From Eledone cirrhosa (lineage: Eukaryota), in assembly GCA_964016885.1 (NCBI GenBank), contig OZ024740.1, forward strand, positions 105,462,001-105,526,000: a DNA stretch of 64,000 nucleotides, read 5' to 3'. The translations under genes and the position numbers were made by a program. Shown here in pieces: positions 25,150 to 38,694 of this stretch (the stretch's first letter is position 1; every line of letters starts with the position of its first letter). A model generated the notes under the pieces. It ran no database searches. It saw nothing but the letters and a program-made list of their open reading frames with translations, and had not been told where the DNA came from.

Positions 25150-26777
25150 AATAAACCTTCCCAGGATTTACACCAGTCCAGCCTCCTATTATTTTTATTT
25201 ATAATTAACTCCGTATTCGCACCCCCAACTACACAAATGAAGACGGGTGAACTGCACAATATTACACCAAGATTGACCATACGGAATGACCAATTCTATC
25301 CAGTGGTGAACCAACAAACCTAAAGAAATAATGCTCCAATAATGTTGAACACTTCCAAATGTAATATTGAACAGCGGCACTGACTTCAGTGTACAGCTAC
25401 CGCCAGCTTGGGATTAACTGATCTACTTACCATTCGGATTTTGACTGCTCTATCTACCGCCCACCCGATGCTGCTTCCCTGTCGGGAATATTCGACAAAA
25501 TTCTACGTATTATACTAAAACATGTATTGTATTGACTGAATTCTCTACTCTATACCTAAGGACATTTTTTGTGACTCACACTGAATTCGGAGACCCGAAC
25601 TTTACACTAGGTACCACCTGTACCATTCCATCTCTTCCATCCTCTATATCTATATGTACAACCTATATTATCTTACTACAACTTGATCTATATTTTATTT
25701 CCCCTTTGCTCTGATTCCTCCGATATGTTCTTATATACTTCCGTCTTACTACATCACTACCCTAGCTATGAAGACGTTTTATTTATGTATTTTACTTTTT
25801 ACTTTTATTAGTTTATTAATGTATTTTTATCAATGTATTCTTAATTTTTGTATTTTATCTTTGTATCCTGCTTTTATTTATTTGTAACTTTCCTTACTCA
25901 GGTCATTATGCACCTTTCATAGCCCCCTACCCAACAAAGAACCACACTACTTATAACCCAGACTAACTGGGACTTTAAAATAATTATAGTCTATTTGCAC
26001 TCTTTATTGGGTTTTGCTACCTTCGATTGATGTGGTGGCTTTTCCCGGCTGCGCGGTGGGCGCTCGGAAAGTTCAGCCTTCCTTGAGTGTTTGGAAAAAT
26101 AAATTTTCCCTCTTTCGGTAAACGAAATTATTAGGAGCGGGTTGCCTTGCCCCGCCGCGCCGCCTGTTTTGACCGCCATATTATACTTATACCTATAAAC
26201 TCTAGGCTTAGGCATAACTGTTAGCTGTATCATGCCTCTACTGGCACGTAAATAAACCCCTCATGTGTGAATTAATAGTATTCGTTTGGTATTGACGATG
26301 GCCTGTCGAAATTGTAGACTTCCCGCTAGCACACCCGGGGCCTAGGGTAGCTACGTTTCTAGAGTACTCGGAAAAATTAATTTCCATTTCTTTCGCTGGA
26401 CGATACCACTCGAAACTGGCTGACACGTGGTTAGGAGGTGCTGGCTGGGTTTCACAATCGAAGGCTTTAATCTTTATCCCACCCTGATATCTTATCGAGA
26501 TTAACTTTTTCATATAAGACTCTCACTGTAAGTTCATTAAATAATTAATTAATTTATTTTTTTAATTTATTTTCCAATTTTCAATTTATTATTTTTTAAT
26601 TTGATTTCATCCTATAACTCGTAACATAAGTTTAACGTTCCAATTTTCGGTTCACACATTAGACCATACAGACACCCATTATATATGTCTTTGTTAAAAT
26701 ATAGATTCTTTAGAATAACATTTTTCGCGGCGTTTTCTATTTTGACTGTAGTGTGACCCTTACGCTGACTTCTTTCT

Positions 26778-26811
<34 letters not shown>

Positions 26812-27007
26812 CCTTTTTTATTCTTTGACGGAGAGGTGGTAGTACATTATAAGCCTTCGCCCCCTCACCAGATGGTCATTAGCAGATCGAGTAGCCATCA
26901 CTTTGCGGGCGACTGGCCGAGGTGAAGGCAGCTAGTTGGTCAGTCGTCCTCTCTGTCTCTGATTTTTCGGACCCATGGTTTTTACATATTCCTTTGTTAT
27001 ATTTCGA

Positions 27008-27065
27008 ATACTTGATGATATCACCGGATCCATATGGAACCCGGTCATTGAAATGATCATAGTAT
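27008..27065 (+). ncRNA. Type I hammerhead motif (C3>T)
   Basis: atac-TTGATGA-..accgg..ccggt..-GAAA-tgatca-TA-gtat. Confidence 0.7.
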
Positions 27066-27131
27066 AATAAACCTTTCAAGGATTTACACCAGTCCAGCCT
27101 CCTGTTATTTTTATTTATATATATATATATA

Positions 27132-27939
27132 TTACGTGTTCCAACGACTTTCTTTAGCCGTTTCTCGCACCAACCGGAGGTATATGGTCTTTAAAGCGAT
27201 GAAATACCAATGAAGGTTGGAAGATCACTGATGAAGGACTAAATTTATTCCTATGTAACCCATTTGCAACCACGCAGCATGTCTTGTTTTCATATTCACA
27301 CATATATTTTCCTCCGCTGTGACCCGTCTTTTTCATTCTTACTGCTTCCTCTTTCTCTGTATCTTTCACTTCCCTTTATCATCTCTAACAGTCACACTCT
27401 CTCTGTTAGCCTCTTCCTCACCCTTCACTCACTCACTCTCTGCTACTCCCTCTCCTACACCCTCCCGCACACTTTGACCAGGTTGGTTGTTCCTTTTTTT
27501 CTCTCTTGTCTACGATTTCACAGAACTTATGTTCACTGAATTCAGGGACTAGACTCCTTCTTCCTCCCGTTTGATCTCTTGTCTACGATTTCACAGAACT
27601 TATGTTCACCGAATTCAGGGACTAGACTCCTTCTTCCTCCCGTTTGACCTGTGCGAAATTCTTTCCTTGCTCACATTTCGACCAGGTTTGATGGTCTTTA
27701 TTCTCTCTCGTCCACGATTTCACAGAATTTATATTCATAGATTTCTGGGACTTGACTCCTTCTTCCTCACTTTTCATTGCATTACCATCTTTGATTGTTT
27801 ACAGTCTCACTCGTTCCCCTTATTTACGTGTCCCAACGACTTTCTTTAGCCGTTGCTCGCGCCAACCGGAGGTATATGGTCTTTAAAGCGATGAAATACC
27901 AATAAAGGTTGGAAGATCACTGATGAAGGACTACATTTA

Positions 27940-27941
<2 letters not shown>
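27132..27941. mobile_element. Non-coding unit with ~119-bp direct terminal repeats in (TA)n
   Basis: 27132-27250 resembles 27823-27941, both ending CTGATGAAGGACT..tttattc; internal ~70-bp tandem duplication at 27502-27646. Confidence 0.65.
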
Positions 27942-27974
<33 letters not shown>

Positions 27975-27977
<3 letters not shown>

Positions 27978-28305
27978 TATAGTTTGCTTGAAGCATTGTA
28001 TATAATATATAACGTTGAAAGAGATAAAAGGCTAAACAATGGAAAATGGAGTGTAAGATGAGGTAACGAAAAGTAAAAGTTACCTGGTAATCTTTGATTT
28101 GTTTTGTTGTTATTGTTGTTCTTTTATCTGTCCAATATTTCGAGACCTAAAAGTCCCTTCATCAGGGTTTAAGGAACCTTCAGTGGATAACGTTCCAATT
28201 TCCTCTCTTTGGGATAGAATTTTGATTTTGATTAAAATTTTTTCTAAGTCGTTTTCAAGTGTTTTTCGAAAGCAGAAATTGTTTGCTTAAACGTTTAATG
28301 TGTGT
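27975..28305 (-). mobile_element. Pseudo-LTR relic related to the PLE at 876-4198, with hammerhead core
   Basis: ttatagtttgcttgaagcattgt resembles ttatagttcacttgaagcattgt; minus strand CTGATGA-a-gggact/ttta/ggtctc-GAAA at 28138-28165. Confidence 0.7.
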
Positions 28306-28310
28306 TAATA

Positions 28311-28497
28311 ATTGTTTCTACTTTTGGAACAACGCCAGCAATTACCCAGTACATTACTGGTACTTTATTTTATCGACCCCGTAAGGATGAAAGGCAAAGT
28401 TAACCTCGAAGGGATTTGAACTCAGACCATAAAGGGACGTAACTATGCTAGAAAGCATGAAGTCCAACCCTCTACCGATACTGCCAATTCACCGCCC
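28311..28497 (-). mobile_element. tRNA-like SINE
   Basis: B-box-like GAGTTCAAATCC on minus strand; same family as 31388-31569 and 58246-58420. Confidence 0.75.
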
Positions 28498-28637
28498 TTG
28501 TGTGTTAATAATATTTGCTCTGCGGTTTTGATTTTATCGACTTGCTCGCAGTGGGCCCTGAAAACTGATCTCTGATTTCGATCAAGCGAATGACAACTCA
28601 TACACAAGAAGAAGAAGAATAAATATATACTGTTGCG

Positions 28638-28683
<46 letters not shown>

Positions 28684-28740
28684 CATACAGATACTACACA
28701 CACATACATATACACACACAGAGACACAGAGAGAGAGAGA

Positions 28741-28782
<42 letters not shown>

Positions 28783-28840
28783 CATACAGATACTACACAC
28801 ACATACACACACAGAGATACACACACACACAAACAGAGAC

Positions 28841-28871
<31 letters not shown>

Positions 28872-29609
28872 TATATACACGGACACGGACACAGATACAC
28901 ACACACGCACACATTACATGCAAAGCATTACCTTTTATATCGACTAAAGATAGATCCAAGGCGAAGCCTATCTCGGAGGAATTGAACTCCAGAACGTGAA
29001 TTGGTGAAGCTAATTACTGCAAGGCCGACATCTGACCCACCATTCCATTATTTCTGCTACAATATTGTCTTCATATTATTTGAAATAGTATTTATAAATT
29101 TTTCCATTTCCAGAAAGAAATTATATACGTTCTAAATTCCCGAGCGTGTATAAAGCTGGCAGTATTAAGATGTTTCAATGTGTATCTCATTATCAGGAAT
29201 ACATATAATGGGATTTACAATAGTGAAACAGCCATGAAGGATTCATGAGTTTAATAGAGTTTTAAATTTAAGGATATGTTGCTATAAACATATGAACTAT
29301 ATAGTCGTACCTGTCAAACACAAATATGTGTAAAACTTAGGCGCAGTTCCATTTTGATTGTACGCCGGCCTCATAACATTCAGTAGCATGCACAAGCAGA
29401 GACTAAAGGCAAGTGCCAACCCCAGACATATATTTCAACACATCATCTTAACTACCCAAACTTTGGTCCATGAAGGAAGCTCTCTTCAGTCATTCCAGCT
29501 ATTAAGATTAACACCCACATCTCTCTCAAAACCCACCGCTACAGTCTTTATACTAAAAGAACACACTAGATATTGTAGTCATGAATATATTCTTGATCCA
29601 GGGTCTTGA

Positions 29610-29860
29610 AATCACTAAAAGAAGAGGAACCCTTCCATGGACTCCTTCCAACAACTTCTGTCCTTTTCCAGTCTTGGCCATGAGGGTCCCAGGTGGTTGG
29701 TGAGGTCGTCTCACCAATTGTCCTTGGACGTCCTTTTGAACTTGTCCATTTTCTTGGTGTCCACTCTGTCACTCTGATCGTCCATCTGTTGTTACTGAGT
29801 CACGAGATGTGGCCAGCCTATCTGTGTTTGTTCGTCTTGTTGGCTGTTATTATGTTGCTG
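29610..29860 (-). pseudogene. RTE-clade LINE 3' coding relic
   Basis: AGHIS..NNRWTIRVTEWTPRK...GRP motif typical of RTE C-termini. Confidence 0.7.
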
Positions 29861-29980
29861 ACTAATGAATATATTATTCCAGAAAATATATAGACGTGTT
29901 TGCCATGGCTTCAATGTTGATCAAAGGTGGAAAATTCGAAACACAATAACAATAAAAACAACAAGCGGTCCGACATGCCC

Positions 29981-30185
29981 AACGACGATGCTCAGCTGAA
30001 AAGTTCACAGGCGGACCAAGATACTCTCATGGAATGTCCAAATTAGGTTTATTTTTCAACATAGTCCCTGTAAAGAAACAATGCAGTTATTAATAAGAAG
30101 AGTTGACATTAATGCGTGCAAGATTTCACAGCTCTCGCTCTACTCCTTCATAGTCAGCCAATCAAACTTTCAGTCAACCCTCGTA
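29981..30185. mobile_element. Mariner-like MITE remnant
   Basis: Right end aaactttcagtcaaccctcgTA (reverse complement TACGAGGG..., mariner-type TIR); degenerate left end ..cagctgaaaagtt. Confidence 0.45.
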
Positions 30186-31144
30186 TGGAATCTGTAAGTG
30201 GCGATTCTGCCTTAAATAGACTAGATGGAAGCATGATATACCTGGTACAATAGATATGTGGGTCACACTAGTTGCCCGATTGGTTGATTGCCTCCTTAGT
30301 TAGTACTACTGGTTTAGAACTGAGCTTCAGAACCACAGGGCAGCATAATATTGAGTTATTGTATACAGTATGAACTACCTTGAGGCCTTCTGTAGTGACC
30401 ATGATGTTCTTGTTGTGATGGTCGTTAACTTGTGCCACTGAATGTAATGGTGCAACCGAGTATGTTTCTCGAAAATTTCAAGTGATCGGTTGTGTGGCTA
30501 AAGATCTTTTGTGTAATAAATTATCTTGTAGGAGACCACTGTGTTTATGTTGTCCCTGGTTTCATGATTATTTTATCTCTTAAAACATTAAAAAAAGAAG
30601 TGTTCCCTAAAATTGTGGTTCATAATTAAGCCAAGAAGTTGCCATCGATTTGTTCGTGGCTCAAAGAATCGTGACTTGTTCTTAGACTGAACTTCCTTGT
30701 AGATATTTTATTTTCAAGATAAGCAGAATGGGTTTCCGACCCAAACATAATGTGATGATTTGGTGACAAAAAGATCTGAGTAAAGCAACAATTATGACAG
30801 CAACAGCAACAACAATAACAACAGCACATATACAAACAACAGCAGAAGCAACAATATCAATAACAACAAGAACAATAACAATCTTTTTTAAAATATTCAA
30901 GTTGAGAAATCATCCACCGTAATACAAGACTTTTGTAGTTGGAATAGCTTCAAATATTTTGTTGTTAGTGATCTTAATGTGAGCATCTAATGTCCACAAT
31001 GGAAAAGTAAAATGGGATAGATATATAGATATATAGATAGAAAGATAGATATATAGATAGATAGATAGAAAGATAGATATATAGATAGATTCATGGATGC
31101 ATAGATAGATAGATGCGAATATAGATGTATAGATAGATGGATGT

Positions 31145-31569
31145 GTAGATAAATAAAATAATACAGATTCCTAATTTCGGCACAAGGATAGTAATTTTAA
31201 AAGAAATGTAAGTCGATTATACCGCCTCCTGTACTTGACTAGCACTTTATTTTATCGACCTCGGACGGAGGAAAGGCGAATTTAACATCAGCGAGATTTG
31301 AACTCAGAACGTAAAGAGCCACGATATTGCTACGCATTTGTCTTGCGCTCTAACGAGTCTGTCAACGTAACGCTCTATAGCTAAAATAATTGTTTCTACT
31401 TTTGGCACAAGGCTAGCAATTACCCCAGTGTATTACTGGTGCTTTATTTTATCGACCCCGCAAGGATGAAAGGCAAAGTTAACCTCAGCGGGATTTGAAC
31501 TCAGAACATAAAGGGCCATAACTATGTGCTGGAAAGCATGGTGTCTGACGCTCTAGCGATACTGTCAAT
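31145..31569 (-). mobile_element. Two tandem SINE copies
   Basis: Repeated ctttattttatcgacc...gaaaggc...gatttgaactcagaac. Confidence 0.75.
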
Positions 31570-31997
31570 AAAATAATAAAGAGAAATAGCAAAAACAATA
31601 ATAAACAACAATAGTCTTTTAATAATATTTGCATGTCCTTCTTCCTTTCCTTTAGAATTTATTAATTGTTAAAACAAAACGTATTCCGAACAATAAAAAT
31701 GAATGCATGATAAAAAGTAGATAATAGAATAAAATGTAAAAGTAAATAAACAAGTAAAGTTTAAAAAGCAAAATAAAAATTCAGATGAATAATGTATTCA
31801 AATTATTTCTTACTTCCTATACAGCCTCTATTTTCTATTCTCTTGCCGTTTACTTTTGTTTTCATGCTCAAACGATTTACATAATTTTATATTCAGCCCT
31901 TTTCCTTCTCTCTTTATCTTTCATTCTCTCTCTCTTTCTCTCTTTGTCTACCTTTCTCTCTTTACATTTTTACTTTCGTTCTTTCTTTCCTTCCTTC

Positions 31998-32063
<66 letters not shown>

Positions 32064-33207
32064 CTCATTATCTTTCTTTCTCTCATTATCTTTCTTCTTT
32101 CTTTCCTTTTGTCTTTACATTTCTTTCCATTCTCTCTCTTTCTCTTTCTTTCTTTCTCTCACACGTCTCCCCCTCTCTCTCTCACCATGTCCACAATTAG
32201 ATACTGTACTGTATAAATTTTCCTGTTTAAATTTCTACAATTCCATAATTCATTTTTCTTGATCACTCTTTAGCTTTCACTTCATCCAAGCTCCTACCAC
32301 CACCACCACCACCACCACCACCACCACAGTAATTATATCTCCACAGCGAAGCATATTCACGCCACCAGTTGATGTAGACTAGAATGATACAGTTGAATAT
32401 ATATAAGAAACGATCTTAAAGTTGTGATTTTGATTCACAGCTGTACGTTCTGTTCTTCAGCAAAACACTTTATTTCACGTTCTTCCAGTCAACTTAGCTG
32501 GCAAAAATGAGTTTTACCTGTTATTCAAATGCTAATGTCATGAGCAGTCTGTTGCCTTAGTCAAATAACTAGATATTTGTCATTGGACCTGACGAAAGCT
32601 CATTAGACATATCCCATAGGGCAGATCAATACATATCGGTTGTTTTCTGCAAGTTGACTTATAGACACGGACCACTCTTAATGTTCTACTGTAACCAACT
32701 CTGAAACCAGTTCTTTTCCTTACTTGTTTCTCATAATCTGGACATCTTTATTGAAAATGCACTTAAGTGATTGAATTGCTTTTTAGTTGCCAAATTCAGA
32801 ATGCGAGACACTATTTTTATGTACACACTTTATCATAGCGCTCCTCTCAGAAATTTTTACCTAAACTGTTTTGTTGGCGCATGTATATATATATATGTGT
32901 ATATATAACAAAGAGGGTGTGGTAACATACAAGGTGGACGACTATAACGCACCCGAGTACAGCTATTCTGATCTAGCAGTCGAAACGGGCGGAGCTCAGC
33001 CGTCGGGGTCCTGACTCTTTATATATATATATATATATATAATTAACTTGGTCATTTGCAATACGAACACATGTATACTTGTATTAGTGTTCATCCCTCT
33101 CATATATTCATTTGTATTACACGGCTCGGAAATATTCCCTTCTTTGAGCTATTTAATTGTAAAAGACTATTTTGAGTTTATAACTATATATATATATATA
33201 TATATAT

Positions 33208-33599
33208 CCAGGGAGTGACACTTGGAGTTACTGTAGGTTCCTTCGAGTGAGCACTCGATGTTTAGGTTCACTTCTGTGTCGAGGTGTAGAACTAGACAGA
33301 GTATATTTATAGTAAAATAAAACAAAGACGACTGGTTACTCCTTCATTACGTTTATTGATTGGTAGCACGCGTTTCGCCACTGATCAGCTCTTAGGTTAG
33401 ATCTGTATCGATGTAGCCCGACTCTGTTATCCACGGCTCGTCAGCCCCATTATAATGGTAATGAAAAGATGATTAATTTTTTTTCATTACAGAGTCGGGC
33501 TAGATCGATACAGATCGAACCTTGAGCTGATCAGTGGCGAAAAGCGCGTCACCAACCAATAAACGTAATGAAAGAGTAACCACTCGTCCTTGTTTTATT

Positions 33600-33601
<2 letters not shown>
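33208..33601. mobile_element. Fold-back PLE derivative: tail + inverted repeat with hammerhead
   Basis: Arms 33314-33428 and 33488-33601; minus strand CTGACGA-gcc...ggc-GAAAC-GCGT at 33367-33445; (TA)n flanks. Confidence 0.75.
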
Positions 33602-33642
<41 letters not shown>

Positions 33643-33721
33643 TATATTTATATTTTATTAAGGCTAAATAGGCAGTCTTGTTACTCTAGAGTTTCCCCTG
33701 TTTATTTCATATATATATATA

Positions 33722-33755
<34 letters not shown>

Positions 33756-34679
33756 TATATACAAAGACAACGGAAAAAGCAATGAAAAAACGGATTGTCC
33801 ATTCTCTTCAGCCAACCTCTAGAATTCACAATAATTTCAATGCATCAAAATTGAAACCATTCATTTCAGTGCACATCATTAGAATGTAATAAAAGAGGTA
33901 GAAACAAGACAAGTTATAGCTTTCGGTTGATTACACAAATAAAGACAAAAATAAAAAATAGAAACAATGCTAGAAACCAAAATGCATCAAGTAAAGAGGA
34001 TGTGAGAGATAGAAACAGTGCACGGTAACTTAGCTTAATGAGAAAAAAATGAGTAATAACACTCACTTTTACCCTTAATAAAATGAATATCAAAACTCTA
34101 CTTCTGTATTGAGTACTCCTTTCTCTCAGGCGTCAACCGCATACATATATACATGTATAAGTATATATGTATATGAATGCACGTGTATGTGTGCGTATGT
34201 GTGGGTATGTGTGTGAGGGGTGGGGTTGCTTGTATATGTATGTATATATATATATATATATGTGTATGTATGTATACACACACACGCACAAATACACACT
34301 TACGCACCCACACACCCATATAGAAACAAAATCCGGCATGCATATATCGATCCGATCCATCACCATCCTCGCTCGAAATACTGACTTGTTTTACGTCACA
34401 AGGCCCGTACGTCAGAAGTTTTTATGACTGACGTCAATGCGTTAGATTTGGCAGCCAACCCAGAATCAGTCATAATCCTAGAAAAATTCTCACTAAATCA
34501 ACGCTGGCAATCGCTCTGGTTCCTCATCTAATCATGAATATTGGCGATTGGATGATTATCGAAGGGGCTGGACGGTATCTATAAATGTAAATGTAAACGA
34601 AATCTATATGCAATGCTGGCTATATATATATTATAAATAACGTCAATTTTTCATATATATATATATATACATACACACA

Positions 34680-34763
<84 letters not shown>

Positions 34764-34833
34764 CATATATAAAGGCAGATACTTAACATACTTTCGTTGG
34801 GTTTACCGCCAACTCATTCAGTCTGCTATATTG

Positions 34834-34923
<90 letters not shown>

Positions 34924-34960
34924 GTATGTATGTATATATATATGTATATATATATGTATG

Positions 34961-35040
<80 letters not shown>

Positions 35041-35055
35041 TATATACATACATAC

Positions 35056-35097
<42 letters not shown>

Positions 35098-35099
<2 letters not shown>

Positions 35100-35562
35100 G
35101 ATATATTAACAAATGGAAACTATATTTATAAAACCATATTTATTTCATTATACATATTTCGAGGACACCAAGTTAAATTATGGTGTACTTTCATCAGATA
35201 AAATATAATATAGATCAGTTTTATAAATAAATATTGACATACCCTTAAAGAATGCGACCATTTTTGTTGGAAGCTCCCGGAGCTTCCAACAAAAATGGTC
35301 GCATTCTTTAAGGGTATGTCAAAAATGGTATGTCAATATTTATTTATAAAACTGATCTATATTATATTTTATCTGATGAAAGTACACCATAATTTAACTT
35401 GGTGTCCTCGAAATATGTATAATGAAATAAATATGGTTTTATAAATATAGTTTCCATTTGTTAATATATCGTATTTTTATTCCAATAATTTGTTGAGTGC
35501 TTTATATCAGTTATAAAAATATTTGCTTGTTGTATCCCAACAATTTAAATAGAACTTCTACA
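35098..35562. mobile_element. Fold-back palindrome + tail with hammerhead motif in each arm
   Basis: Inverted repeat 35098-35473 centred on gaagctcc-c-ggagcttc; CTGATGA-..acacca..tggtgt..-GAAA-tatgtata at 35373-35421. Confidence 0.8.
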
Positions 35563-35570
35563 TATATATA

Positions 35571-35632
<62 letters not shown>

Positions 35633-36077
35633 AACATATATATGTATACACACACATATACATATATATACATGCACAACACAACAATACAGACACAGAA
35701 ACACACACATGCACATACATATATATGCACACACGCGCGCACATACACACACACATTTACATGTTTCAGATTAATTCATTTGGAACGTGTCACGGAGAGA
35801 TGAAACACGTGTGTCTGTGGTAATGCCATACTGCGCGTATGAAATATAGTCTTCTTGTGTCACTGCTACCCGACCACCATGTGTTATTGATCGCAGGGTC
35901 GACTGGCCATTGACTCGGAATATAGGTATAACAACAACCACATACCTTTTTCTCTGGCCGGTTCCCTCTGCTTTAGCAAGCAAGTGCTTCTTCTCAGAAA
36001 TTGTTTTTTTCCGTTTTATTTTCTACTCACGTTCTAACATATATAAACGTTTCCATTCATATATATGAACACACACG

Positions 36078-36203
<126 letters not shown>

Positions 36204-36237
36204 CACACACACACACACACACAGACACACACACACA

Positions 36238-36328
<91 letters not shown>

Positions 36329-36481
36329 TATATATATATATATATACTTAATAACTAACAAAAAGTTATTGCTCTACATGGCCGAGGGGCTCATTCTACT
36401 AACATGGTTTAAAAAGAGGCTCGTTTGCAAAATTGCAAACGAATCGAATATTATTATTAATATTCGATAAACTCAGATTAC

Positions 36482-36525
<44 letters not shown>

Positions 36526-36843
36526 GAGGAGCCGGTTTAAAAGTGCCTCCTCCAATATATAGTGGTGGCCATGACGGAACCCCCAAACCAATGGTAGAAC
36601 ATACAAGTTAAGGGTATGAAACTTTGTTTATACTAAATAAGCTCTCTTACAAGGGATTGAGCACTGTTTTCCTTGAGCACTGTTTTCTACCAACATAACG
36701 CCAGCATCAGGAGTTTTCTAAGAGATGGCAACATGGCAATATGAATGGGCCTCTTATTTTTCTGTAAAACAAAAAATGTTTCCGTTTCCGCCTTCCCATC
36801 TCTTCAATCTTTCTATTTCTTCTTTAATTTACCATTCTTTCTT

Positions 36844-36868
36844 CTGACGAAGGACTAGCGTCCGAAAC
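36844..36868 (+). ncRNA. Hammerhead core + stem II
   Basis: CTGACGA-a-GGAC-tagc-GTCC-GAAAC; stems I/III unclear; degenerate relative at ~39925-40095. Confidence 0.55.
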
Positions 36869-37552
36869 ATTGAGACACTTTTCCTACTATATCAAGCATA
36901 AAATTAATAATAAATTTCTTCATTGTACTGTCGTTTGCCTTTTCTCTCTCTATATATATATACATATACAAAAGGCTAAATTATATATATAGATATATAC
37001 ATATACAAAAGGCAAGAATATATGTATGTGAACATATATACAGACGCACGTGCACACACATACGTACGTACATGCACACATACATACATACTAACATACA
37101 TACATACATGCATACATACATTTATACACATATGAGAATAATAAAATTAAGAACTGATAGCAAAAATCTGATTCCGAAGAAAATCATATATAGAGCGCTG
37201 AGATAAGTAAGTTAAATATCTATCATTTGACAACTTATCCTGTACGTAGGGTGAGTGAGTGTGTGATTTTTTGTGTGTGTATTTGTGTGTGGTGTGTGTG
37301 TTTTTAAGAGAAAGAAAGTGAATAAATATTACATTAATACACACCCAAAGACACACACACAAACGCAAGCATCCATCCACATACAAATTTATATACCAAT
37401 GTGTATGATGTGCATGCGTGTCTGTATGTGTGTGAGTGTGTATGTTTGCGCATACCTCTTCATACACGTTCATGTATGTATGTATATATATATATATATA
37501 TGTAATATATATATATATATGTAATATACACACAGATATATCATTGTATATA

Positions 37553-37614
<62 letters not shown>

Positions 37615-37629
37615 TAAGTAAGTCTTGTG

Positions 37630-38113
37630 GGATCATTTAAGAAAAATCTTTGTCCAATTGAGTTTGTCTCCTGATGATTTCGAAACTCGTTGATTTATCC
37701 ATGATCGGATATTTCCAAAAAGCGAATGAAAGCCCCGGGGGTAGAGATATGATTTTGGTATGTTTATGTACATTTTTTCTTCTAACTTTGATTTTGTACC
37801 TAATTATGTATGGTTAACTATATGTCTAGTCAACTTCTACAGGCTATTATAAATACTAGGTAAATCTTTTGTGGCTGTGGATCGCGGATAAAAAGCTATC
37901 ATTTATTGATCTATAATTTCTTCATAGGTACATTTTAAATTATAGCCTCGTTTAAATTATTTTTTATGTTGTTGATTATGCTGATTGGGACAATAAATAC
38001 TGTATATTTTTTATCAAATGATTCTATGGAGTTACTTTCTTATATATTACTCTGATTGTTGATTATTTAATTAATTAATTCGTCATTGAGCCACACCGTG
38101 AATGGTTCCCAAA

Positions 38114-38162
<49 letters not shown>

Positions 38163-38215
38163 TTCTGTCTAGTTTATGTGTATGTAAACTTCTATATTTC
38201 ATATATTTATATATA
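37630..38215. repeat. Dispersed repeat, permuted copy at 55223-55960 (probable PLE pseudo-LTR family)
   Basis: 37630-38050 resembles 55540-55960; 38033-38210 resembles 55225-55390. Confidence 0.7.
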
Positions 38216-38694
38216 TATAGGATAAAAGAGAAAACACAGGTAAGCATTAAAAAAAGGATTTTATCCAGGTATTTACGACCGTTTCATTGTTAAGTGCAAC
38301 CTTATATTGCTATACTGCAAATAGCAGCCACTCAATAATAACTGTTGTACGCGTCCAAATTTTCAAAATAGTGAATAAGTTACTTTTAACAAGTTCTTAA
38401 TAAATAGAAAAATATTTTTTGGAATTGTATTTGCTAGTATAGAGAGAGGAACAGGAATTAGAAAGTGGAGGGACAAAGGGAGTAGTATAGAGAGGAAGGG
38501 GGAGAAGAATTAGGAAGTAGAGTGACAAACTGAGATGGAGGGAGGGGTAGAGGTGGAAGGAATCTTAGGTCAGTTTTGATATATGTAGACATGATGTCCT
38601 CGATTTAGAGTGTAGTGAGTTAAAGAGAATTAAATTGCAACTCCGTCAAGTCGATAAAATATGTATTTTATCGACTTGACGGAGTTGCAAAACT

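Larger units (their letters stand above)
25006..27119 (+). mobile_element. 5'-truncated decayed PLE with ~198-bp direct repeats, each holding a hammerhead motif
   Basis: 25006-25203 resembles 26922-27119; decayed endonuclease C-terminus-like peptide (LPNVILNSGTDFSVQLPPAW) near 25350-25415; ends in (TA)n. Confidence 0.7.

Noticed and set aside
35771-35983. 70-aa ORF or exon candidate
   Set aside because: No recognisable domain; short and bounded by microsatellites; contains GAAAC-ACGTGT-GTC, suggesting a repeat remnant
37671-37690. CTGATGA-tttc-GAAAC as a hammerhead
   Set aside because: No stem II and no convincing stems I/III
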